Assembly: GCA_905331295.1 (NCBI GenBank)
Contig: CAJNYD010000015.1
Coordinates: 62,001-126,000 of the forward strand
Length of the DNA stretch: 64,000 nt
Origin: Rotaria socialis
Lineage: Eukaryota
Direction: 5' to 3'
Positions within the stretch are counted from its first letter, which is position 1; every line of letters starts with the position of its first letter. Both the position numbers and the translations under genes were made by a program. Below the pieces are notes generated by a model. It did no database searches, was not told the origin of the DNA, and saw only the letters and a program-made list of their open reading frames with translations. Of this stretch, positions 29,630 through 46,780 are shown piece after piece.

Positions 29630-30049
29630 CTATTTGTCTGAGACATTCATAGGAGTTTTTTTCATTTTTTCAACTAAAGTTTGAATTGCTTGTTCTCGAG
29701 CTTCACAATATCGTTGCCGTCGAAGNGTTCCCGTCGAAGTTCCTTATACTGTTCAATACGATCGTCTTCAAGTGTCGCATCAGTTACGGCGTTATCCCAA
29801 CGAAGAGAAGATAAATTAGCTGGTGTTAATTTATTGAAATCACGTTGAGTTCCTAAATAATATGCAAATTAAATTCCATAGCGAGAACAACAAAGAAGAA
29901 AAATACAAACCATCACGAGCAATTTTTATTGAATTTTTTGGATCCTTGTTATCTGTTGTTCGTGGTTTGGGTTTTGATTTTTGATTTTTGCGCCGTACTT
30001 TATTTGAACGTTTTTTCTGTGGTTCGACATTTCTCTCACCGGGCGGCAT
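29630..30049 (-). CDS. LIAT1: LIAT1 (ligand of ATE1)-like small protein
   Basis: Exons 30049-29911 and 29852-29630. Lys/Arg-rich N-terminus, then SSLRWDNAVTDATLEDDRIEQYKELRRQRY, which resembles from memory the conserved Liat1 domain SLRW.G.L.DP.AE.ERI..YK.NRRKRY. The frame is broken only at the N at 29726. Confidence 0.7.
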
Positions 30050-30179
30050 TTTTCAGTTGTTATGCGAATGAAATAAATCATCTATCTAGAAGAAATAAAA
30101 TTTCTTCGTATTTTTTTTTCTTGTTTTAATTTAATTTCAAATAACAGAAAAAAACAAAAGAAAAACTCGTTGTTTTCTT

Positions 30180-33100
30180 TTAATCAAAAGTTTTTTTTCG
30201 GCCATGCAAACGTTTGAGAGTATTTCGTTCACGTTTTTTCTCTAAAAATTCATCGACTTTATCTTTCTTCCTATGGGATTTTGTAATTAATTCAAGACCG
30301 TTTCCATATTCAGATATATGACTAAAATTACGAAACCGTGGCCGGGGTTTGATATTGTATGAAAATAATGGACGATCGAAAAGACTCTTTTTTTCGGTTT
30401 TTAATGGTACTATTGGTTCTTCATTGTTTTCATTTTTTCCATTTTTTCCATCTTTTTCATCTTTTTCATCTTTTTCATCTTCATCATCTTTTTCATCGTT
30501 GGTTTCAGTAGGTTTTTTGCTAGAAAAAATATCAAACGTAAATATTCGTTTGAATTATAAATATTTAATTTTTACTCGTTTACTGCTATTGGCTTTCTTC
30601 TATTTGATAATGAAGCAAAAGTTCCTTTTCGTTCATTAAGCGTATGATTATTTGATTCATCTGGTAAACTTTTTAAACCAAAACTTTTCGCAACATGACC
30701 ACGATGGACATTTTTTACATGAAATAAATATTTCCATTCACGAGAAAATGACGCGTAATAACGAATAAATGAAAGATATGCTTAATGTGAAAAAAATAAA
30801 GAAATAAAAGAAATGATTAGGTGAGTATTTTAATATTATACCTTGTCTAGCTTGTTCGACACGTTCATCAGTCGCATTAACATATTCTTCGAAATGATGA
30901 TGTAGAGAGCTCGCACATTGTTCAGCTGTTTTTGGAATAACACTCTAAAGTTTTGAAAGAAAGAGTAAACTATGAAAACAAGTAATTGAAAAGTCTACAG
31001 TTGGAATCAACTATATAGGAAAAATGCAATTCTTTCACTATCAGAACTTGTTAAAATAGAATAAGTTATGTCAATATTCTAACGAAATCCATTCAATTAT
31101 TTCATATAAAACAAATAGATGCTGTCACCCTGCTGTAAATGTTTCAGTTAATATATAAATATGAATCTTATAGAATCATCTTCTAATGTTTCATCTACAA
31201 TCATTTAAATACGAGCGAAAAATATCTCACAAAGTACTATGATATATAAGAAAAGAATTCATTGTTAATTTAAATTTAAATCAAAAGCCAATGAAGATTT
31301 AATTCCAATTGAATAAGAATTAAACTAAAGTATGCCAACGAAACATATTCTCTTTCAAGATAATTGGTTTTGTGTACACGTCTCAAGGTAATACATGTTA
31401 ATAGATACAGGCAACAGCAGGCATCAATATATATTATCATTGTGAAAAAAATGTTTTGATAGAACAGCTGTGAACAGAAAAATGAAAATAACATAACGAA
31501 AAACAAAACTCATGGCAATTAAAAGAAGAACCATATCTGATAACAGGTTTCAAAGCTAACAAATAAAATTGTATCAGTGTTCATCTTTCATACAATCAAA
31601 AACAAATAATATCATATCACTTAACTTTACCCAAGAAAAATGAATATAACTATCGTGATAATTACAAAATCGACAATGGCTGTTTTTCTCGATACTTAAA
31701 TATAAGCTAGAAGAACTTACTCGAGTTTCAAAATGTTGTTTTAACTTTTCAGAACTGAATCGAAGCGTTTCAAGAATGTCTTCAGGTGAGATACTTTTCA
31801 AGCTAAAATAATAAATAAAGCATTAGAAAGTTCTGTTTCAGAATTGAGAAATATGTGTTGTGAGTGTTTCAATCGTCATAGGAAACTAATACTACAATAG
31901 TCCTATATAACACAAAATATTAATCTATTCTAGTTAATCTTTGAATGAACAGTTTTCTTTTTCTTACCTCATTTTATATTTCTCTTGCAGTGTTGTGACA
32001 TATTCCGATTCGTTTGGTAACAGAAAAATTATCGAACGACCAATTGAACCTAAAAATAACACATGATATTATGAAACAAAACCAGCTTTTACAACAAATT
32101 CTGACGTATCAAAAAAAAGTGAAACGCATAGGATCTAAATGAATTGTCAAGCAAAGGATTCTTCAACATATATTCTAATCTATCAATTGTAACGAACTGG
32201 CATGTCCACGAATAGAGATGTAGTTATTAATATGATTGCAGTAGGTTAAGTAAAACAGAAAAGAAAAACCACGATAGCGATCTCGAATTCCATTTTCATT
32301 CGCGATAATGTTATGCAAGGCTTTTGTTCTGTAGCTTAAATGAGTCGATGATGAATTCACCTGTACAAAAGTAGAAAACTGCGTGCACTTCAGTTACGAG
32401 AATCTAATATCCTAAAAATACTGTTAACTTCTGATTCAATCGAATCCTGCTACTTTCTAACTTTCTAATACAATACAGTGTGTTGAGTCACTCCTACGAT
32501 TCAAGATTCTAATGTTATAATTTAACACTCGTTTTTTCTTTTAAATTCAGAAAACAAACCAAGCCGAGCTGTTCTTCCAATACGATGAATATAATCAATC
32601 GGACTTGTTGGATGATATTGAATAATCCATGTAACACTCGGTAAATCAAGACCACGTGCAGCAACATTGGTACACAGTAGAATTCCTCGCTTCATTTTAG
32701 AAAATTGACTGACAACTCTTGTTCGTTCCTAAGAAAAATCATATATGTGTCTAATGAACTTTTATATACAAAAGCAAAAGTTAGAACATACTTGATGTGA
32801 CATATCTCCTTGTAGTCGTAATAATTTAATGGGCTCATTTAATAAATGTCCAAATTGTAAATCTCCTTGTTCATCCATATCGTCTTCTTGGTCACCATTT
32901 AATATTGCGTTTATAACATCGTAGTGAAAATGAGAAAGATCATTGGTTGCCAAAAATAGAAGTACTTTTGCCTTTGCTTTATCCTTTAGTTTTTGTTCGA
33001 AAAGAAAAATAAGACAAATTCAAAAATAGTAATTTATAAACAACATGTAACTTACAGTGTTATTGAAAATTTTTAATAAAAATGCAATCAATGTAACAAA

Positions 33101-35905
33101 ACGTAATTTACTTGGTACAATAGTAAACATTTGCTTTAATGTTTTCGGTACAGTTATTACACTTTGATCATTAAATTCTTCCGAAATATCAATACTAAGT
33201 GCAGTTTTACTCACATTGAGATCAACGAAATCATTCAATGCTATAAGGAAAGAAAACAATTTGAATAAAAAACTGTCGTTAGCATAACCTCAGCTGAGTT
33301 CAAATGTGAAACAGGATTAAGACACTGTGTCCTCTGGTGTGAATATTATTTTACTCTACATTTTGCTAGGAAAATATTTAAAAAATAGTTTATTCAAAAC
33401 TCAGTGCTACTAGCTATGTAGTGACTATAGACAGGTTACTAGAAGTTATCTATGTGAAACTTTTTCATTCGATAGTATAAATGCTATGCTTTGGCATACC
33501 CCTAGTTCCGATGGTCAGTTCATACGTTTGGAGAACACAATAAACCTCCTCGCTGAAGTACTAAGAAATCTATGGAGCTATAGAATCTATCGCAGAGCAC
33601 TAAAGAGTCAATAACATTCTTGTTTCCTATCTATGTCAAGATATGGTTCTTCATTCTACTTTTACTTCAATTCTCAACATGTGTCAAATAGAATTGTTTT
33701 ATTTACTATCACGACATTTTATTGATATGCAGTTCTTGTGGCAATCGAAATTTCTAGATCCATGGTTGAACATTCTTTTTAAGTCATATTTAAGAAAATT
33801 AACTATTGCCATGGTTAAGTCTTTTATCAAACCTGTTGTTGGAGTTGCAGATGAAAGAATACGTTGAAATCGTTTTCCATCTTCAGCATGTTTTGCTATT
33901 GTTTGAATAATTTTATTGATTGCATCAGCAAAACCCATATCAAGCATTCTAAAATTTCTATGATTAACTAACAGAAATGATAAGAAAACCTTTTTACTTG
34001 TCCGCTTCATCAAATATCAAAAATTGAATATTTTTAAAAGACAATGATTGTGTATTTTCAATATGATCACATAAACGTCCGGGCGTTGATATAAGAATAT
34101 TTAAACCCCGACGAAGTCTATAAGAAAAAAGATAAATTCATTCAATTTTTATATCATGAAAAAATAAAAATGTTTTATTCTTATCGTACCGTTTCTTTTC
34201 ATGATTTCTATTAGAACCTCCAACAAGTGGTGAACAAACAATACGAACAAATGATGTTAATAGCTTTTGAAAAACTTCATATGTTTGTTGAACAAGCTAA
34301 AGAAAAATAATTTGAATTAAAAATATCTCGAAACACACAATTTTCTTCTTCTTCTTCTTCTACTTCTTTAGTTGGAACAAGTACTATAGCAATAGGACCT
34401 GTTTCACGTCGTACTAATGGTTCAATCATTTGTATCAGATGAATTGTTGGTACCACATATGCAAGTGTTTTACCTAAAGATTAAATCAAGTGAAATTCAA
34501 AGTATCGATCTTCTTTTATTCTATTTACCACTGCCCGTTTGAGATTTGATGATAACATCTTGACCAGTCAAAATAGCTGGAATGGATTTTTCTTGAACAT
34601 TTGTTAAACGAGTTATATTGAATTTTTGTTTTAAGCAAGAAACCTATTCACAAGATATTAACAACATAAAGTCTAGCGAAATGAATATTCCATTGACACA
34701 ATTTGACGCATTTACCAGAATTCAGATAGTGCTGTCATAGAGTGAGAGATACATCAACCTTATGAAATTAATAAAACTCCAGATTTCTATATGACATAAC
34801 ATAGAAACGACTTTTTAATTTCTCCTAAATATGATCTGTTGCTCTTGACAAAGGTAATCATTTTCCGAACAAGATATATTAAATATTGATCTTTCGACAG
34901 ATCATTTCAATAAAAATTATATTAATCATAAAAAATAACACCTTTTAAAAATCCTAAGAAGACTAAATTCATTTGTCACATTCAATAAATTAGCTGTCAA
35001 ACATTATACATAAGTTATGTTTAGTTATGGGTAAGATGGTCGTAATCTCAGTAGAATCAAGACTAAAAATTAGGCATACCACTAAAGTCAGTTTGTTCGA
35101 TAAATATAGATGAATAGCTGCTTTTATCAAACAAACAGAGAACAGTAGAGTGATAACTGTTTGATACAAAAAGATAATGAAAAGAAAACTGAAAAATAAT
35201 TCGATTTAGTTAGACTATTTGATTGACTCACACATGTCATCTAAAAACTTATAAAGAATCTCTTTTTTTCGTATTGTTAAATGCCATTTCTCTATTTCTA
35301 TTTCCTATCGATTGGACAATCTTGTACTATATGCAAGAGTTTGAATTTATCATATTTAACCAGAATCCTAAAATGGTTCATCTCTCATACCCTGTCCTAA
35401 CACTTTTTTAGATTTAAAATTGTTCTATGCTCAAATTTCATTTAACTTACAATATGAGGATGTACTGGCATTGTATCCATAGATGTTACTGTACCGAATA
35501 CTTCTTCATTGGCTGTTTCAACATTTACACTAGAATCAAATGATGTTTTGTTTTTGAAAAAAAAAGTGATTTCTTTCTTATACATACTCTTCCATCTGAG
35601 GTATAGTTGGATTATTCGTAAATAAAGATGATCGTTTCGGAGATTTCATTTCTCGACCTTGACATAAATCAAGTTTAGCACGTTCATTCTTCTTTTTCTT
35701 GTTCGTTGATTCAACATAATTGTTTTTTTCTTCTACAACTTCAAGTTTACGTTTCTATAAAAAAAATACGATTTCCTTATCTTTCTTAGTAACAATAGAA
35801 GAAAAGTAACTCTTTCAAACATACAACTGATTTTGTTCCTAATGATCTAGATTTTGTTGGTAATGGTTCACTAAAGATGTTCAATAATAAATTATTATCT
35901 TCCAT
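30180..35905 (-). CDS. DDX31: DEAD-box RNA helicase DDX31/Dbp7
   Basis: Multi-exon. Motifs [61 protein letters not shown] and C-terminal [11 protein letters not shown]. The N-terminal [10 protein letters not shown] and [10 protein letters not shown] segments fit the Dbp7/DDX31 subfamily. Confidence 0.9.
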
Positions 35906-36121
35906 ATCTGCAAGACAAGTAAAAAAGGTTCAGCAAACTGTATATTGTTTGCTTTCGTATTAACGAAGCGATGATTTATGTAAAATAAATTATAATATAG
36001 ATTTCATGAATATTCATTTGTTCGACTCGACGTGTAATAGCAACAAAAATTAAAATGCACAATCATTGTATTTACAAAACCGAAAAAAACACAAGAAAAA
36101 GAAAGGAAGGTAGATTATTTT

Positions 36122-38257
36122 TTAACAATAACATCCTTGTCCTGATTCGTCTGAATGATCCGTTTCACCAGGCTGAATTATCTTTTCTGATTTTTGCTGA
36201 TTTTCCCATAATGATGGCTTTTGAATAATCTAAATATGAAGATAATCAAGAACAACGAATTCATTGGATTAGTTTATTCTAGTTTACCTTTTGAACAAGT
36301 TCTTCAAAAGCAATTTGTACACCTTCACGTGTTCGTGCAGATGCTTCAATGAATAACATTGAATGTTTACGTGCGAATCTTGCACCTTCATCACGTGTTA
36401 TTTCACGACTCTCTTCTTGATCAATTTTATTTCCAACAAGCATTTTAATTATATTAGTCTTTGTTGAAAATGTATCCAATTCAGAAATCCATCTAAAAGA
36501 AAAAGAATATATTGCCTGAGACAGAAATTTCGAAATACAACCGATCCAATTGTCGAAAAGAAGCACGATTGCAGACATCATAGACAAGTATTGCACCTTG
36601 AGCACCTCTGAAAAATAAAGGTTTGTCTTTCAATTTTGTCATTGTAAGAACATTTTACCGATAATCTAAGTAAAGAAAAAATTTATTATCAGCTGTTTTA
36701 GAACTACAAATACATACAGCCAGGTGTTAATGTACGAAAACGTTCTTGTCCTGCTGTATCCTAAAAATAAAAAGATGATATTTGTTTACAGAAGAGATAA
36801 ATGAAAGTATCTAAAGCTTTTTCACGGCAATATTGATACGGGAAATTTTCTAGCTAATGAATTTCTTTTGATTCAAGTCTATGTGAATCTTTTACATGGG
36901 CATGTAATACGAATATCTTAAAAAGAGTTCAGATTATTCTCTTCTTACTATCGACATCTTGCAGTCTTGAATCAAAACTTGACACATTGACAGATGTTCA
37001 TGATCATAATTTATTGGGTATGATTCAATTTTTGTTATGTCTATTCTATTCGCAGATACACTTATGATAGAATCATGCATTTTATATCTCTTTCATACGT
37101 CGATAGATTCGGTATTTTTTTCTTTTTCTTCTTCTCAAGATAGGAGAAAATCAATTCACATAAAACTTTTCTAATAAATTGTTTTCTTTAAAAGCAATCC
37201 TCATGATTGATTTAAAATTAAACTGTGTGATTGAAATCATAATAGTGACTGTAAAATGTAACATTTCGAAATACGAAAATGATTAATCAATTAGATGAAT
37301 TCTCTCGGTTTGGTATATCTAAAATTCTATAATAAATAGTAAAGAACAAACTACCGAATATATCATTTTTTATTATTTATTAATGAGACGCTTCGTCAAC
37401 TACTGTTAACTTCGTCAGTTTTATTATCTTATCATTCGTCTCCTTTTGTTCCTTTGTTTCTCTTGTCTAATTGTATCTATACATGTAAATGTTCCCTTTC
37501 ATGAAACTTCATTTTATTCTGACTGACGAAGTTAACAGTAGTTGACGAAACGTCTCATTAATAAATAATAAAAAATGATATATTCGGTAGTTTGTTCTTT
37601 ACTATTTATTATTAAATGTATCTATCGAATTAAAACAAACAATCATTCTCTAAAATTTTATCAAAATCTTTAATGAAGTAAACATTATTTACCATGCCTA
37701 GATTTCTAAGTAATTAAATCATGGATTCACTTAGTATATTTCATCGAATATACCAAAAATATTCATTTGCAATAGTTAGATTTTATTCGTTTACAATAAG
37801 CATGATTAAAGTAACGGACCATCATGATATTTAACATCTTGATTTCTTTTACTACTGAAATATTCAAAATAAGTTTAATTCTGTGGACTTTGGTTCCTCT
37901 TTGTTTCAATAATGATCTTTGTATGTTTAGTCTGAGTGACGTCAAATACATTTTTTATTCTATATTGATTCGATTTAGCGTTAAATCGTTCAAATACATA
38001 CCCAAATAGCCAATTTAACACGATTTCCATCAATTTCCAGTTGTTTAACTAAGTTAAAAAAGATATGTCAATAAACCAACTGTTTCTTTCTGTCGTTCAA
38101 AATTTTTACCTTTAAAATCCACACCGATTGTGGCTGACAAGTCTTGATCGAATCTATCATCAGTAAACCGCAAAAGAAGACTACTTTTACCAACACCAGA
38201 TTCTCCAATAATTAGAATTTTTAAGGTCGTCAAAATTTGATCATCATAACCAGTCAT
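36122..38257 (-). CDS. RAB18: Ras-related protein Rab-18
   Basis: [79 protein letters not shown] and C-terminal CYC prenylation motif. Seven coding exons. Confidence 0.95.
37329..37648. mobile_element. Penelope-like element pseudo-LTR relic with inverted duplication, inside RAB18 intron 2
   Basis: 91-bp inverted arms 37329-37419 and 37522-37612 with one mismatch. The arms contain a hammerhead core. Possible direct repeat TCTAAAATT at 37318-37326 and 37649-37657. Confidence 0.7.
37514..37564 (+). ncRNA. Minimal type I hammerhead ribozyme motif
   Basis: TGA-CTGACGA-A-GTTAAC-AGTA-GTTGAC-GAAAC-GTC-TCA: CUGANGA box, 6-bp stem II with one G.U pair, GAAA box, palindromic ACGT stem III, GUC cleavage triplet and short stem I TGA/TCA. 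Confidence 0.75.
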
Positions 38258-38636
38258 GATCACTGATTAACACTGAATTGTTTAAATAAAAATAAATAAA
38301 TATCTGCAATAAAAAATGAAAACACTTTTAATAAGGAGTAAACTTTGATTGCAGTTATTACGCAAATTTCACTGTGTTGTAGTCCCGGAAAAAAGCCGAA
38401 TAAAAAGGTTCTGTTATATACAAGTTTCGAGCATGCTAACGCGTGCACAATGTGTATCCATAAAATACCATAGTTGAATTAAAATAATTATCTATTATAT
38501 GATAATGAAATCTTGTGAAATTTATGAAAAGCAATTTTATTAAAATCACATGGCGCAGTTTATATTTTGTAATAGATGTCGTCATGTATATTTCGTATTC
38601 GTTGAATATATCAAGATATTTATGAGTCATGATAAG

Positions 38637-38934
38637 CAGTATTTCCAATGGCAAGTGTACCAAGCAGAAGCAAAATGTACAGAACATCTGCTACTTTTGA
38701 TATAGACTCTGTTGTACACTTTGCCAAAACAGTTTACACTTTGATTTCTTTGATCTCTGAACCATAAAAGCTGCATATAGTATTAAATAGATTATATTTT
38801 GTCTTTTAGATTGTGAAAGTTGGTTTTCGTACACTTTGTACACTTTGCGGAAAAAACAAAGTGAAATATACACTTTGCTCGCAAAGTACAGAGTGTACTG
38901 TACATTTTGTTTTAGATTTCCATTGGAAACACTG
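38637..38934. mobile_element. hAT-type MITE, family A copy 2 (298 bp, shorter internal region)
   Basis: Ends CAGTATTTCCAATGG / CCATTGGAAACACTG, TSD ATGATAAG / ATGATAAT (7 of 8 match). Clearly homologous to 6250-6693 but lacks the 22-bp repeat block. Confidence 0.9.
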
Positions 38935-39309
38935 ATGATAATTGCTGACACATTGATTTCGTTATATATTCGATGATACAGAATTACAGATTATATTAGA
39001 TATAGCTAGTCGCCGAAAGCAGGATATTAAAAAGATGTACTATAAAAATAGTAGAAAAGGAGAAGTTAAAGATTATTTTATTTTCTAATTTAAAAAAAAA
39101 CGAAAACATAACATCGACGCTTCCTGCTGAATGACTTGTTCCATATAGGTTAGTAAATCGATAGAAGTTTCAATGTTCGACAAATCTTGTGATGACTCAT
39201 CGAGCTGCATCTTTTTTTCGTCAAATAATCACACTTCTTGAACAAGATTATCTTTTAGTTAATTTTCATTTAAAAACCATGCATAATCGCAAAAAAAACT
39301 TAATCAATT

Positions 39310-39835
39310 GGAAGTATACATTTGTTGTGGTGATAATCAGGTGAAACAAGAATGAGAATCTGTATCTATTTGCACTTCACGTGATGTAAATAATGAATTG
39401 AGTCTAGCAACATTAATGTCTAAACAAAAATTGACATATGTATAGCAAGATTTTCGTAATCGTTCTAAACTTATTCCGCCATCAAAACGTCACATTGAAC
39501 GTTTATATGAGTTAGAAGATGAAGATGGAGAACTAGAAGCATTTTGGAGTGATACTGTTGAAGTAATTAATAGAGAATGTAATTGAATAAGTGAATTGAA
39601 TTATTCTGTATTAGCAATTAATGATGGAACATTTAGAAAACATGCACATTTACATTTGAAAATTGATATCGAAAAAAATATATGGGAAATGATGATTGCA
39701 CCTCGAGATAGAGATGAAATTTTATATCTGTAACAATTATTAAAACAAACACAATTGATTAGTGCTTGTTTCACTGAAAAACATTTACAAGATGGAATAA
39801 AAAAGGGTGTGATTGGATGCAAAAATGAGGATTGA
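39310..39835 (+). pseudogene. HIT (histidine triad) family pseudogene
   Basis: A single frame reads RSKLIPPSKRHIERLYELEDEDGELEAFWSDTVEV...LAINDGTFRKHAHLHLKI with in-frame stops at 39584 (TGA) and 39731 (TAA). It has a (P)KRH motif, an N.G motif and an HxHxH triad. Confidence 0.7.
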
Positions 39836-40765
39836 AAACTAGAAGAAATTTAGCATATTTAATAAAAAGAAATTAGGCGATTCAATTCGATCAGAAATAT
39901 CTAATATTCATAATGAAGTGTGATAAAAACACACGAATGCTCATGAGCAAGTATCGTTAGTAATTCTGAGTCATTTGAATGATTGTCATATTGAAAAGAA
40001 GAATCGAGTCTGATACGATGCATTCTACTCAAACATCAGATAATCAAAGAGAATTTCATGTTTGTCGATCTTGCCTTTTCAACTATGGGTGTTTCAGTCT
40101 GTTTTGCAATAAATTACTGTGATTCGACTATAATCATCATCAATATGTATATTTGAGTTTCAATATTTCGTGAAGGAAATTTTCGAAACGACATGTTCAT
40201 TTTAAAATTATCATACATTCTAATCTGCGTTGATTTTTCTTCCGATACAGTTCTCGCTGATAATAAATTAGAATGAACAGAAGCACAAACGATTGTCAAT
40301 TATTAGTAAAACCATTTTTTCGTTGCCTGTGTACATTTATCAGAAAAGTCTCTTGTCTTCTTCATGTTAGTTTGAGAATTACATACAAATTTATATTTTC
40401 AATCGGTCTCTGCATTAATCAATCTCATTATATCTGATGGCAATGCTCATAGGCTATTTAATTATTTGTAGCAACCCCCCCCCCCAAAAAAAAGAAAATA
40501 GCAAACTTCTATTTCAAGCTAAAACGTAAATCATCAAAACTTATCCCAAAGCGCCAAACAATTAACATCATGAGTTAAAAATAAAAATAAATAGTGAATA
40601 TAAATATTTTTTCACCTTTGTTTTGTTTTATTCGTTTTTAATATCTTGTAGACAGTAAGAAAATCAGCAAGCATATTTATCTGACACTATTCTACGCATG
40701 AATCTGAAATATATTTCTTGTAACTTATTACAAGTTTGACATTAATTTTGTAACTCATTAAATGA

Positions 40766-43191
<2,426 letters not shown>

Positions 43192-43329
43192 TCTAGACAT
43201 TTTTCTTGTTCTTCTTTCTTCTAGTCACAGAAAATATTCTATTATGAATAAAGTGCATCATTTGTTTATTATGTTGTTATTTTTTTGTCATAGGCGTAGC
43301 ACAGAAGAAAAGAAAGATAAAGAATATTA

Positions 43330-45340
<2,011 letters not shown>

Positions 45341-46780
45341 CTATGAAACAAAAATGATTCATTTTTTTTGTTAATTGTTTTTATTGTTTAACAAATTTTA
45401 CTTTGTTTTTTTTCGATTAATAAATGTTCAAAAATATGTATGGATATAGATTTAACGACGAATGACGATGATGACGAGCGAATTTACACGTCTACAGAAA
45501 AGAATGAGAGGCAACGTTGGACTGAGTTTCTCCTTTTAAATAGCAAGCGAGAAAAAAAAAGAGAAAACGAGAGAAAAGATGAAGTGGATGTGTGTATGGA
45601 AAGAGTATGTTGTGTGTGCGTTGTTAGAGGACGTCGGCAACGACGACTGAATCGAAAAAAAAAAGAAAAGAGAGACTAAATGCGCACATATAACATCACC
45701 ATCGTAGCAGCAGGAAAAGTTGCAGACGGACGGACGTGGCTGTTGTGAGAGAGGAGAAGAAGAAGAATAGAAAAAATGCATAGAAAGTAACCCAGGAGAC
45801 AACCGATGTGGCCGGCAACACAATACATTTTAGATGTTTGTTTGGTTGCTGCGTTCACGATGGCAACAAACAGACAGACATGTTGATTGCCTTTTTCTTC
45901 TTCTTCTTCTCTCTCTCTCTCTAGCGATTTCTTTTTCTTCTCATCGCCAACGATCTGGCCAGTAAACCCATAGATGTCTAACATGTTGAATCATGACTGA
46001 AAGAAGTTTGTTCTCGAAACAACGAGATCAATAATATTAAGAAGCACGACACGTAGACAGTGCAGTGCATCACTTGATTGAATTATAACAGGAAGAAATA
46101 TTTGTGTCAAATGAGCATTTCTATCTACATATCAATGTGTACAGTGAATCATTAACTCTTGTTCAATTCGCATAAAAGAAAAAAAGAACAGCAAACTTTT
46201 TAAATACGCCTTCAAAACAAAAATAATTAGTGAGCAGTAATATTCTAAAACTAAACGTAGTATTTCAGCAGCATCAAAATTAGTGTTCCCTATTGTAAAA
46301 TTTCATGATGAAGAAGATGGATTTCAATTTTTCCTACGTATTCATTAGAGAACATTTTCAGAATTAGAACCAAGAATTTCCTCTTGTCCAGTAGTGAAAC
46401 CAAATTTGAATCGTTTCAATAAAGATTGGTAGTCTGTGAGGAAGTCTTTCCTAAGTTAATTTTTTATGGCATTTTGATATGTATATATATATATATTATT
46501 TAAATCTAGTATTTTACTGTTAAATCAAGAAATTTGAATAATCTTTGAAGTTACGATTAGAAAAATATCGTTTTTGTGAAAATTAATACTTTTTATTATA
46601 CGCATAATGTGACTGAAAAAAAGGATAGCTATATAAAATTGAATTGGAATAAAACGAAATCACATTTAGATATCACACTGTATGTACAATTCCATTGAAA
46701 ATAAGTTATACAAAAAAAAGCACTCAACCAGCTGATTCCTTTTTTGCGTTTTTATAGAAACAAAAATAGTCTGTCTAAAA

